Shown piece after piece: positions 41,968-50,872 of a DNA stretch of 64,000 nt (position 1 is its first letter; the number at the start of each line of letters is the position of its first letter). The position numbers were made by a program, and so were the translations under genes. Source of the stretch: Nitrosopumilaceae archaeon (GTDB lineage Archaea > Thermoproteota > Nitrososphaeria > Nitrososphaerales > Nitrosopumilaceae); contig CBDCCK010000002.1 of NCBI GenBank assembly GCA_965214835.1, positions 1,920,001-1,984,000 on the forward strand. The letters are read 5' to 3'. The notes below the pieces were generated by a model. It saw only the letters and a list, made by a program, of their open reading frames with translations. It did not search any database and was not told the origin of the DNA.

Positions 41968-42453
41968 ATGGGGCGCGGACTATTCCTGGATCGTGACGGC
42001 GTATTGAATTTTAAATCTGAATCCTACGTGACAGGAGTAGATGAGCTGGTATTGCTTCCGGATGTGGGAAAGCACTTGAGAAAATTTCAGGAATGCGGCT
42101 TTCAGCTGTTTGTGATTACCAACCAGTCTGCAATAAATCGCGGACTGCTAAGTCATGAAACCCTGAATAAAATCCACCAGAAGCTGTTACATCAATTATC
42201 CGCAGATGGCGTTACCGTAAAAAAAATCTATTACTGCCCGCACAAACCAGAAGAGAGGTGTGCATGCCGCAAACCAAAAAACGCATTGTTTGAAAAAGCC
42301 CTAAGGGACAACCGTCTTGATCCCTCACAATCCTGGATGATAGGAGATTCAAACTCCGATGTTGAGGCTGCAATCGCTTCCGGCATAAACCCATTTAAAA
42401 TAAGAACCAATTCCTCCTTGCTGGCCTGCATTGAGAAGATCTTAGACGGCTGA
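41968..42453 (+). CDS. gmhB: Heptose-1,7-bisphosphate phosphatase (HAD)
   Basis: FLDRDGVLN, ITNQS, YCPH...CACRKP, MIGD. Confidence 0.95.
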   Translation: MGRGLFLDRDGVLNFKSESYVTGVDELVLLPDVGKHLRKFQECGFQLFVITNQSAINRGLLSHETLNKIHQKLLHQLSADGVTVKKIYYCPHKPEERCACRKPKNALFEKALRDNRLDPSQSWMIGDSNSDVEAAIASGINPFKIRTNSSLLACIEKILDG

Positions 42454-42528
42454 AACCCATCTGTTTTTTAGAACTTTACGAAATAGATGCCTGTTATTTT
42501 TTCCTTGATCAAAGAATCGGGAGACTGC

Positions 42529-43130
42529 AGATGCGTCTGTGATCGTATGAGTTTACCCCGTCTCGAGGAATACGGCGCGGTAGGCACGATCATAAAGATC
42601 CCGGCCAGTCCTGTCGCCTGAGGGGTAAACTCGTACAGACGTATCTACTAGACATTCCATCATTTTATACTTTCTTTGCATGAGTTCATTGTTCTGCGTG
42701 TGGTATTCTGTTTCATAGGTCAACATGTGCCAGATCACCTTTGCAGGCGTTCTGGCCACGACTACCTTGGTCTTGACATGATGCGCCAGATGCACGTCTA
42801 TTTGCACATCCTTAAGCATGTCATGCAGCAGAATCCAGTTCCCCGTAGCCTCGCAGACTGCACAAATCTTGCGTTCTGCATATCCCTAGCTGATCTGTCC
42901 TGCAAATTTTTTATCCCGTAGGTTGTGTTGGAAAACTCCGCCTGGTCCAGAATCCCTGCAGTCTGGTCCTTGATGACTGCTACGTACGTCCTTTTATGGG
43001 CGTCTATTCCTACGTTGATCATGTTATCACCTCCTTTCTGATCAAAATGCCTGATCCGGGCGGAATCTCCCATTCACCGTCTTCTGCGCGGTACATTGCT
43101 TTCCGCCTGCTGTTACGAGTCAGTCTATAA
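42529..43130 (-). mobile_element. Internally deleted IS110 remnant with structured 3' region
   Basis: MINVGIDAHK N-terminus and AKVIWHML C-terminus only about 370 bp apart; SD aaggaggtga. Limits approximate. Confidence 0.75.
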
Positions 43131-43282
43131 AACACCCTTGTACATGGTAAGTTCCGATCGACTCTCAGGCCCAACAGTAATGGCATATCACAGGATACAG
43201 ATAAGATTTCATATAGCGTCTACTGAGAATAGGAACACTTTTTTTTCGCACACTTTTTGAGTCAGGAGGCCGAGTCACAAAT

Positions 43283-44458
43283 ATGACCAAGAAAGCATGG
43301 AGTACGCAGGACAAGATAGAGATAGTCATGGAGCACATCAACACCAATAAGGACGCGCACACGAGTCACCTCATGGATCCCGGCGGGGCAGACGGGCAGC
43401 AAAAGGCAAGGCCGGCAAGGCGCCTGTCTGGATTCGGGGCAGCTGCCAGGTACTGCGGCTCTAAGATGTCCAAGTTCGGTGGGGCCCTATACGCATCTTG
43501 CACGGCAAAGGACAGGATCAGGGTCGCCTTTATCTACAAGCCGTCTTGGAGATACTATGACCGAAACAACTCCATCAACAACAGGTACTATTTCTTTTTT
43601 CAGGCGCTACGGAGAAACAGGAACCTCCAGATGGGCTATTTTCCCGCAGAGCATACGTTTGATACGGCAAAGCTCAGGGGAAAGTACGATGTCATACTGT
43701 GTACGAACAGCGAGATCAGCACGCCGCAGCTAAACGGCGCCCGGGATCTGGGCATCCCGGTGATTGCCCACACGCACGACCCACACCACATCAAAACGTT
43801 TGATCTAGTCGGCTTTCATGAAAAGTACGGGGTGGACTATTACTTTAACTTCATACCTGCCAGTTATTTTTACAAGTACCTTCCAAGGGACTTTGGGTAC
43901 AGGATGATAACTTATGGTGTCGAGCCAGATCTGCCACATCTGCCCGCATTCGCAGACCGGATAAGGGATCGCATTCTGCTTACGGGGACGCTCTGGAAGG
44001 GGAACGCAAACGACCCTGTCCAAAACCCCTATACGCTGAGGAGGACGTGCAGGGATCTGCCGTACGTCGACTATGCCGGGGTCGTGCCAGGCACCATCCA
44101 GTACGTGCACGCAGGACATCCGGACTTTATAACACACCTGTCACGGTACAGGGCAACCATAACCGCAACGAGGTACTTTCCTACCATCAAGTACTACGAG
44201 TCCACGGCTGCCGGATGCCTGACGTTCATGGAGTTCTCAGAGGAAAGCCACGGCGGGTACCTAGGATTCCGGGACGGGGAGAGCGCAGTGTTTATCGACT
44301 CTAAAAACTACAAAAAAAGGTTCGAGGAATACTTGGCCTCTCCAGATGATCCAAAGTGGGCGCAAATAGCGGCGCGCGGAAAAAGACACACCATGGAGAA
44401 CCTCACAAACGACAAGGCGGCCGAGTCCCTTGTGGACCTGATGCGGGAGCTGATCTGA
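43283..44458 (+). CDS. GT-B/CgeB-like glycosyltransferase with IS3 orfA-derived N-terminus
   Basis: IKYYESTAAGCLTF, GFRDGESAVFID, IAARGKRH; first 22 aa match IS3 orfA; native start may be ATG 43466. Confidence 0.75.
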   Translation: MTKKAWSTQDKIEIVMEHINTNKDAHTSHLMDPGGADGQQKARPARRLSGFGAAARYCGSKMSKFGGALYASCTAKDRIRVAFIYKPSWRYYDRNNSINNRYYFFFQALRRNRNLQMGYFPAEHTFDTAKLRGKYDVILCTNSEISTPQLNGARDLGIPVIAHTHDPHHIKTFDLVGFHEKYGVDYYFNFIPASYFYKYLPRDFGYRMITYGVEPDLPHLPAFADRIRDRILLTGTLWKGNANDPVQNPYTLRRTCRDLPYVDYAGVVPGTIQYVHAGHPDFITHLSRYRATITATRYFPTIKYYESTAAGCLTFMEFSEESHGGYLGFRDGESAVFIDSKNYKKRFEEYLASPDDPKWAQIAARGKRHTMENLTNDKAAESLVDLMRELI

Positions 44459-44484
44459 GTCTTTGCATGTTTTTTGCCTCTTCC

Positions 44485-44766
44485 CAGAGAAGCGATTCGA
44501 AATTAGAGACCGTACGAATTTTTCAAATAATTTCACAGATAATCTGTATTTTGTTGATGTTTTGGGGGTTGTCGCCTAATTCCACTTGTTTGACTCAATC
44601 TGCACGTTTTTCTGAATTTCTGCCCCTTTGCATGCCTGATCCATGTGGCATCTCAGCGGTTCTCAGGAATTCTGGCGAATTAGGCGACAACCCCGATGTT
44701 TTGAGCTGATTTACGCAAATTCGTCCACAAATAATCAGAATCTGCCAATTTCGAACCAACTCTCAG
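44485..44766 (-). repeat. Repeat family A copy carrying one MITE-B
   Basis: 282 bp = 143 + 139. Confidence 0.9.
44565..44694. mobile_element. MITE-B, 130 bp
   Basis: TIR ggggttgtcgcctaattc, 9-bp TSD gatgttttg; identical to 50250-50379. Confidence 0.95.
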
Positions 44767-44812
44767 GGGCGAGATAAGGATGGCAGAAATGAGCGGCTGG
44801 TTGATGTAGATG

Positions 44813-47320
44813 TTACGTATACTTGACGTCCCCGTGTGCCGTACCACCGTTTCCTCCGCCCGAAGAGTCCGACAGATCGCCCTCGAACTCAAGGTGCATC
44901 AGGAGCGCACCATCATAGTCTCCCATACACGCATGATCACCGGTAAGCGCGTCGACGGTGCCGGTGCCTTTGGTGTCTGACACGGTAGCCATCTCCACAT
45001 GGCATTTGTGTACGTCCGATATGTAGTCGGCAGGCAACCGTGCCGAGTATATCATGATATCATCCAGCACGGTATCCTGTGCAGGATTTCTGCCGATGCT
45101 ACTAGCACCTATCGCAAGCCGGTGATCATTTGCAACGGATCCTGCCAGCGACGTGTTGTACCAGCGCAGATTGTCGATCTGTCCGTCCACGTACACGTCG
45201 AGTCCGCCCCTGTCTCCTGAGCCATCATAGGTAAACACGATGTGGTGCCAGCGGCCGTCGGTCATGCCGGAGAACGTGCCGACGGTGATCTGGCTTTGCG
45301 CATCGTCTGCCATCCGGAATGAAATCCCGCCATATGGGTTGCCCCATACGGTGATGCCCTGCTGCCTGGCCGCGTCAGCCTTTGAGATGATCAACGAGTC
45401 AGGGTTGCCGGGTTCGAGCATCTTGATCCAGAAGGCTATGCTGAACGGATCGGCCCCACCGAGATCGAGTCCGGGTGCGGCGGCAAGCGTGACGTATGCA
45501 GTGCCGTCAAGGTGGAGGGCCCGGCCGGCGGGGCCGTATGCAGGCAGGGACGTCCACCCGGGCGGGTTCCACACCGTCACCTCCATACTGCTACTGAAAT
45601 GTCGGTGGAACTTGGATGGTATCGGCGTGTCTGGTTTTGAGGGACCCTGAAACTCGATTACCCTATCACTGCCATCGTATATGTCAACATACCGCTGTGA
45701 CCAGTCCGTTTCCGGAGACGCCGTCGCATTGCCCCCATCACCACCGCCGGTCTCCAGCACGTTCCTATGAAACTTGACCCTGTCGACAGAGTCGATCATT
45801 ACGATCTTGTTGGTTTTGTGCGGACGCGTGTCGTACAGGTCATATCTGTCCAAGCTTGAATGGGTAATATTGTAGCCGTGCAGCCGCCATGATTCGTTAA
45901 TCAGCCACATGATTATTTCCGCGTCGGAGCCGGCATAGTTTTGCAGCGCAAAGAACAGTGCGCTAGGATAGGCAGACATCGTGTCCCAATGCACAAACAC
46001 TCCCGACGTGGACAGGCCGAGCGCCGCGACGGCAAGCAAGGCAGCCAGCAACAGCGTGCGCTGCCTCCCCGGATCCTGTATTCTGGCTGATGCCCTTTCA
46101 ATCCCTGCGCCGATCAGTGCGGCGGCGGCAATGCACATCACAGTCCACAACATCCCCAGATGGTAGAGGTACGTCACGAACCCGATTGATCCAAAGAACA
46201 GCAGGACGGGTGCGGCCCACAGCAGCAGAAACCTGTTGCGTGAGGCCACCGCAAAGGCCAGTCCTGCTGTGCCCAGCGATACCATGACCGGATCCATCTC
46301 GAACAGCAGTATCGTGGCCACCAGCATGATCGCAGGACGGGTCAGTATGTCAGGATCCTGGTCATATACGAGGGCGATCGACGTGTATTGCTGCAGCAGA
46401 TCCAGCTTGGACTGACTGCCCCTGTCTGTGTGCCACAGGACGCCGTCCACCCACCCGTCAAAATCACCTGCCAGTGCCGCAGAGGCGGGCCAGGCTGCCG
46501 CAATCAGGATTGCGGGCACAAGCCACAGCAGTACGCGCCCCGGCCTCCTGCCGGCCGACCAGACCAGAGCGAGGACAAGCGGGATCATGACAAGCGAGGG
46601 AACCTTGACAAGCATGGCGCATCCCATGCAGACACCAGACAGGATAATCAGCAGGCGGATCCTGTCCGGGCCAGGTTGCAGCGACGCACCCCTCTGAGAC
46701 GGGCCGTCCTTCGGGTTAGGACCGCGCGCGTGCATGGCAAGCAGAACGGAAGAGAGGACAAATGGGAGGAGGATCGAGTCCAGCAGAACCAGTCTGAGCG
46801 TCATCGATACGGGCATCGCCGCGAACAGGATCGCCGCAATTGGTGCGATCCTGCGCCCAAAGCCCCTCTCGACTATCTTGTATATCAGAAAGGTGTCTAG
46901 GACGGCAAGCAGGCCCATGAGGATGCGTGGTGCCCCGTAAAGCATCCCAAGCGAGGACGCCTCCTCCGGTGTCACAAGGAAGTCAGGGTATCCCGTGGCA
47001 TGCAGGAATCCGGCCAGCATCGTGATAGAAGAGATGTCATGATACTCATGTGGATAGGCCGATCCCGTGGCATGCAGGAATCCGGCCAGCATCGTCCAGC
47101 CAAGGAACGGATGGTCGTGATTGTAGGGCAGTATCCTGTGATCCAGTACGTCCAGGGCCCGTCCTATGTAGGTTGACTCGTCTGGGTGCCACGACGGAAA
47201 CCCTGCCGTGTTCCACATGTGCGTGTATGCAGAAAGCGCCAGTATTGCTACAAGCAGGAGGAGTGGCCCGTGCCCCGACAGGCGCCCCGTGCGAATGGTG
47301 GTACGTCCGAGGCCAAGCAT
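44813..47320 (-). CDS. GT39/ArnT-like membrane glycosyltransferase with C-terminal LamG domain
   Basis: PDESTY acidic loop, LRLVLLDS, many TM helices; FSIAFWI...DGRWHHIVFTYDG...VYVDG...LDDIMIY. Confidence 0.85.
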   Translation of the reverse strand: MLGLGRTTIRTGRLSGHGPLLLLVAILALSAYTHMWNTAGFPSWHPDESTYIGRALDVLDHRILPYNHDHPFLGWTMLAGFLHATGSAYPHEYHDISSITMLAGFLHATGYPDFLVTPEEASSLGMLYGAPRILMGLLAVLDTFLIYKIVERGFGRRIAPIAAILFAAMPVSMTLRLVLLDSILLPFVLSSVLLAMHARGPNPKDGPSQRGASLQPGPDRIRLLIILSGVCMGCAMLVKVPSLVMIPLVLALVWSAGRRPGRVLLWLVPAILIAAAWPASAALAGDFDGWVDGVLWHTDRGSQSKLDLLQQYTSIALVYDQDPDILTRPAIMLVATILLFEMDPVMVSLGTAGLAFAVASRNRFLLLWAAPVLLFFGSIGFVTYLYHLGMLWTVMCIAAAALIGAGIERASARIQDPGRQRTLLLAALLAVAALGLSTSGVFVHWDTMSAYPSALFFALQNYAGSDAEIIMWLINESWRLHGYNITHSSLDRYDLYDTRPHKTNKIVMIDSVDRVKFHRNVLETGGGDGGNATASPETDWSQRYVDIYDGSDRVIEFQGPSKPDTPIPSKFHRHFSSSMEVTVWNPPGWTSLPAYGPAGRALHLDGTAYVTLAAAPGLDLGGADPFSIAFWIKMLEPGNPDSLIISKADAARQQGITVWGNPYGGISFRMADDAQSQITVGTFSGMTDGRWHHIVFTYDGSGDRGGLDVYVDGQIDNLRWYNTSLAGSVANDHRLAIGASSIGRNPAQDTVLDDIMIYSARLPADYISDVHKCHVEMATVSDTKGTGTVDALTGDHACMGDYDGALLMHLEFEGDLSDSSGGGNGGTAHGDVKYT

Positions 47321-47573
47321 GGGCTATCCTCACCCGTCATCCAAATAACTGTTCGGAGGGAATTATTTTGTTGCATAACCCTGCCTGAAATTTGGAATTT
47401 GGTCGAAAATCGTACAACATCAGGTTCTACGTAAAATCAGGCGTGAACAGGAAATTTGGATGAATACTTTACGTCTAGAAAGTTGAGGATCTGATGTTGT
47501 ACGATTTTTTTGATCTGTACTGATTACGCAAAGTCTATTGAAAATTACATGATGGTTTGAAGCAAGGAGGTGA

Positions 47574-48491
47574 TCATAGCGTCAAGTTTCGGAGTTGCTG
47601 GATCCATTTGCGCTGTATCTTTTTGTAGGTCGGGCCGGCAATTGAGAAGATTATCTTCTGCTCCTTTAGTGGCATCTTCCCATCGTAGAGTCTGATGGCG
47701 TCCGGATCTATTGAGCGATACGGATCTGTGTCTCCTATGGCGTACCCGTTCTCGTCAACGTATTTGTGCTCCATCAGGTGATGGTTCAGCATCTTGGTGT
47801 CAAACGGGATTTTCAGGAACCTGCATATGTGTCTGATGTTTCTTTCCGGCGAGGTACACAGATCTTCGTACAGGATCAGACGGAGTTTGTAGCCCATCTC
47901 GTCATACCGGAAGAAGGATTCGGTCTTTATCTTCCAGTACAACGCCACCTTTGCTGCAAACGAGAACTCGCCGGCATTTTTTATTATGGACAGGTCTCCA
48001 GCGTACTTTTCATTGAAGCCAGGAATTGTCTCGGGGTAGAGGGAATCCACATATCCTTCCCATGAGTTGGCCCAAGATGAGTATCGTGGGTTTGTCTTTA
48101 GCCTCTTCAGGGAAAGGCACACGTCCCTGGGATCCCTGACTAGGAACAAGACAAGATGGTTGTTGTACCTGAACGGAAATGGAAACTTGTGGTAGCTTAT
48201 GTCCCTTGCCACCCCGTCTGTATTGTCAAACTGCTCTGTCAGACAGGGGCACTTGAAGGCCAGAACTCTTTTTCCCAGACTTTTCTGCTCGCGAAGCTCC
48301 CCTTCGAGCACCGTCTCATCTGCAAAGTAATCATAGGAGGTCGGCTCGTCATGGCAGCTGATCCCGCTGTGGCACTCGAGAATAAGATGCATCAGCGTTG
48401 TTCCAGAGCGCTGGCATCCCACAATGAGGCAGATGTCAGAGTGCTCGTCGACCAGCCGGTCAAACAAACGCGATCTGTTGACATCGGCCAC
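47574..48491 (-). CDS. Sulfotransferase (copy of 2023-2940)
   Basis: Identical translation. Confidence 0.85.
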   Translation of the reverse strand: MADVNRSRLFDRLVDEHSDICLIVGCQRSGTTLMHLILECHSGISCHDEPTSYDYFADETVLEGELREQKSLGKRVLAFKCPCLTEQFDNTDGVARDISYHKFPFPFRYNNHLVLFLVRDPRDVCLSLKRLKTNPRYSSWANSWEGYVDSLYPETIPGFNEKYAGDLSIIKNAGEFSFAAKVALYWKIKTESFFRYDEMGYKLRLILYEDLCTSPERNIRHICRFLKIPFDTKMLNHHLMEHKYVDENGYAIGDTDPYRSIDPDAIRLYDGKMPLKEQKIIFSIAGPTYKKIQRKWIQQLRNLTL

Positions 48492-48650
48492 CTCGCTGGG
48501 CAGGGGGAACTGATCCCAGTTGACGGATGCGTTTATCCGGTCCCCCTCCCAAGCTTGAAGACAGCATCTCCCCTAGCACAATCAAGAGGATGCGGGTCTC
48601 CCCGGCACTCTCCCTCGTCCTGTAAACTTTCAATTGTATTGACGGTTTTA

Positions 48651-49087
48651 CCCGTTGCCCCGCTGTACTGCAATGCCATGTGCGTGCTCCAGCCCTTGTT
48701 CTTTAACTCCGTTACTACAGCCACCTTTTGCCTGCCTGCCTCCAAGGTTTTTTTCAATACCGCGTTGGCCACGGCGTATTCCCCGACTATCTTCTTGAGC
48801 GACTCGATCTCTTTTTGCTGCCGCTCCTCTGTTGACTTGTGGCCCCTGCCTGATAGTGACGCGCGTCCGGCCTGCAAAAAGCGCTCCCTCCACTGATAAA
48901 ACGTCCTGGGGGAGAGGTTGTGGCGGTGGCACAGCTCTGCCGTCTCGATGCTGGTGTTGATGTGCTCCATGACTATCCCTATCTTGTCCTGCGTATTCCA
49001 TATTTTCTTTGTCATATTTGTAATTCGACCTCCTGATTCAAAAAGTGTGCGAAAAAAAGTGTTCCTATTCTAGCGGGGTCCTCACCA
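48651..49087 (-). mobile_element. IS3 5' remnant (copy of 3100-3536)
   Basis: Same sequence at offset 45551. Confidence 0.85.
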
Positions 49088-49264
49088 CTTTCTATGTATC
49101 GGAGTGACTTTTCCTCCGGTCTTTTACTCATGTTTTTTGATCGGTACAGTCTAAAATAATCCTTCAAAGTACGCCTGATCTTAGTCGGAATTAATTTTTG
49201 TACGACACAAACAGACTGTTACAAAGACATGTTTTATAAAATGTGAGGAGAACACCAGCGTACC

Positions 49265-50131
49265 TTGGTTGCTCTGAAAAACATTCTCCCTGCACTGCGC
49301 ATAAGGAAGGACACCTGCCTGAGTCTGCTGACCGTGTGCATAAAGACGTTCTGTCGGCCCAGCACGCTTTATGCCACTCTTGACAACATCATTGTCAAGA
49401 GCAGGTATCATGATCTGAGCATCCTAGTAGCTGATGACAGCGATGACGATTACAAGAAAAAAAACGGGGAGATTGTGCGGCATTTTAGAGGAATAAACAA
49501 AAACCTGAGGTTGCTGGAGATGCCGTTTGACGTAGGCCTCTCCAGGGGCAGAAACCTGCTTGTCGAAAACTGCAAGACAAAGTATGCGCTTATGCTAGAC
49601 GATTCCAGACACTTCACTAGGGACACCAAGATTGAGAAAATGGTAGATTTTCTAAGGGAGACGGACTATCATTTGGTGGGCGGGGTCATTCCCGGCAGAG
49701 GCAGAATCGACTCTCATTATACCGGCATGTTTGAAAAAATACGCCATGACAGCAAAAGCAACACGGTCAATATTTGGGTAGATACCATCCTAGAGAGAAT
49801 CGATTATGACAAGATTCCGGTATTCAAGACGAATGTTACGCTGAATTGCTTTATTGCAAAAACCGAACTCCTGAGAAGGTGTAGATGGCGCGACGAGCTG
49901 AAAACCATGGAGCATGAAAACTTTTTTTTGGACTGGTACAACATGGGCTACAGATGCGCAGTCTCATTCCTGTGTCCTTTTGTAGAAAACTCTGCTGAAA
50001 GCAGGCAGTATCCGGCAAAATACCGCCACCTCAGATACGACCCTGCAAGAAACAACAAGACAGATCTAGGCTCCAGAGGAACCATACCGCTGGTAAACAT
50101 CAACTATAACAGAGACGCGCTGCACTGCTGA
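49265..50131 (+). CDS. GT2/GT12-like glycosyltransferase (copy of 3714-4580)
   Basis: Identical translation. Confidence 0.8.
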   Translation: MVALKNILPALRIRKDTCLSLLTVCIKTFCRPSTLYATLDNIIVKSRYHDLSILVADDSDDDYKKKNGEIVRHFRGINKNLRLLEMPFDVGLSRGRNLLVENCKTKYALMLDDSRHFTRDTKIEKMVDFLRETDYHLVGGVIPGRGRIDSHYTGMFEKIRHDSKSNTVNIWVDTILERIDYDKIPVFKTNVTLNCFIAKTELLRRCRWRDELKTMEHENFFLDWYNMGYRCAVSFLCPFVENSAESRQYPAKYRHLRYDPARNNKTDLGSRGTIPLVNINYNRDALHC

Positions 50132-50249
50132 GTGTCAGCTGCATGCTGCATACGCATTGTATGCTGCATCTGCACGCCGTGGCGGAGCAGGGAGTTGATT
50201 CGAAATTAGCAGATTCTGATTATTTGTAAACGGATTTGCACAAAGCAGC

Positions 50250-50379
50250 GGGGTTGTCGCCTAATTCCACTTGTTTGACTCAATCTGCACGTTTTTCTGA
50301 ATTTCTGCCCCTTTGCATGCCTGATCCATGTGGCATCTCAGCGGTTCTCAGGAATTCTGGCGAATTAGGCGACAACCCC
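50250..50379. mobile_element. MITE-B inside repeat A (50188-50608)
   Basis: TSD caaagcagc; empty site near 4690. Confidence 0.95.
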
Positions 50380-50428
50380 CAAAGCAGCTCAAAACACCAA
50401 CAAAATACAAATTATTTGTGAAATTACT

Positions 50429-50558
50429 GGGGTTGTCGCCTAATTCCATTTATCTAGCCCTACCCGCACATTTTTCTGAATTTCCGCCCTTTTGCACGCC
50501 TGATCCATATGGCATCTCAACGGTTTTCAGGAATTCTGATGAATTAGGCGACAACCCC
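50429..50558. mobile_element. MITE-B, diverged subfamily, in the same repeat A
   Basis: Same TIR, TSD gaaattact; empty site near 4730. Confidence 0.95.
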
Positions 50559-50872
50559 GAAATTACTTGAAAGATTCGTACGGTTTCTAATTTTGGATCA
50601 CCTCTCTGATGACATGCCTTAGTACACACATCAAAAATTGGAACATAATTTTGGCATATTGTGCCTATTTTGGCACAAAAATGTTTGATTTTCAACTGTG
50701 CGTACTAGTGATCTTCTTGTCCGACATCTTTCTTGTCATGTCTCTGCCTGATCGGTACAGTCTGAAATGCTCGGCGACCGTACGCCTTATCTTTAGGCGG
50801 ATCTAATTTTTGTACAAAACACGGCCCCGGTTTGCGTTATATGTTTATAGAGAACTGCGCATACGGCAAATA

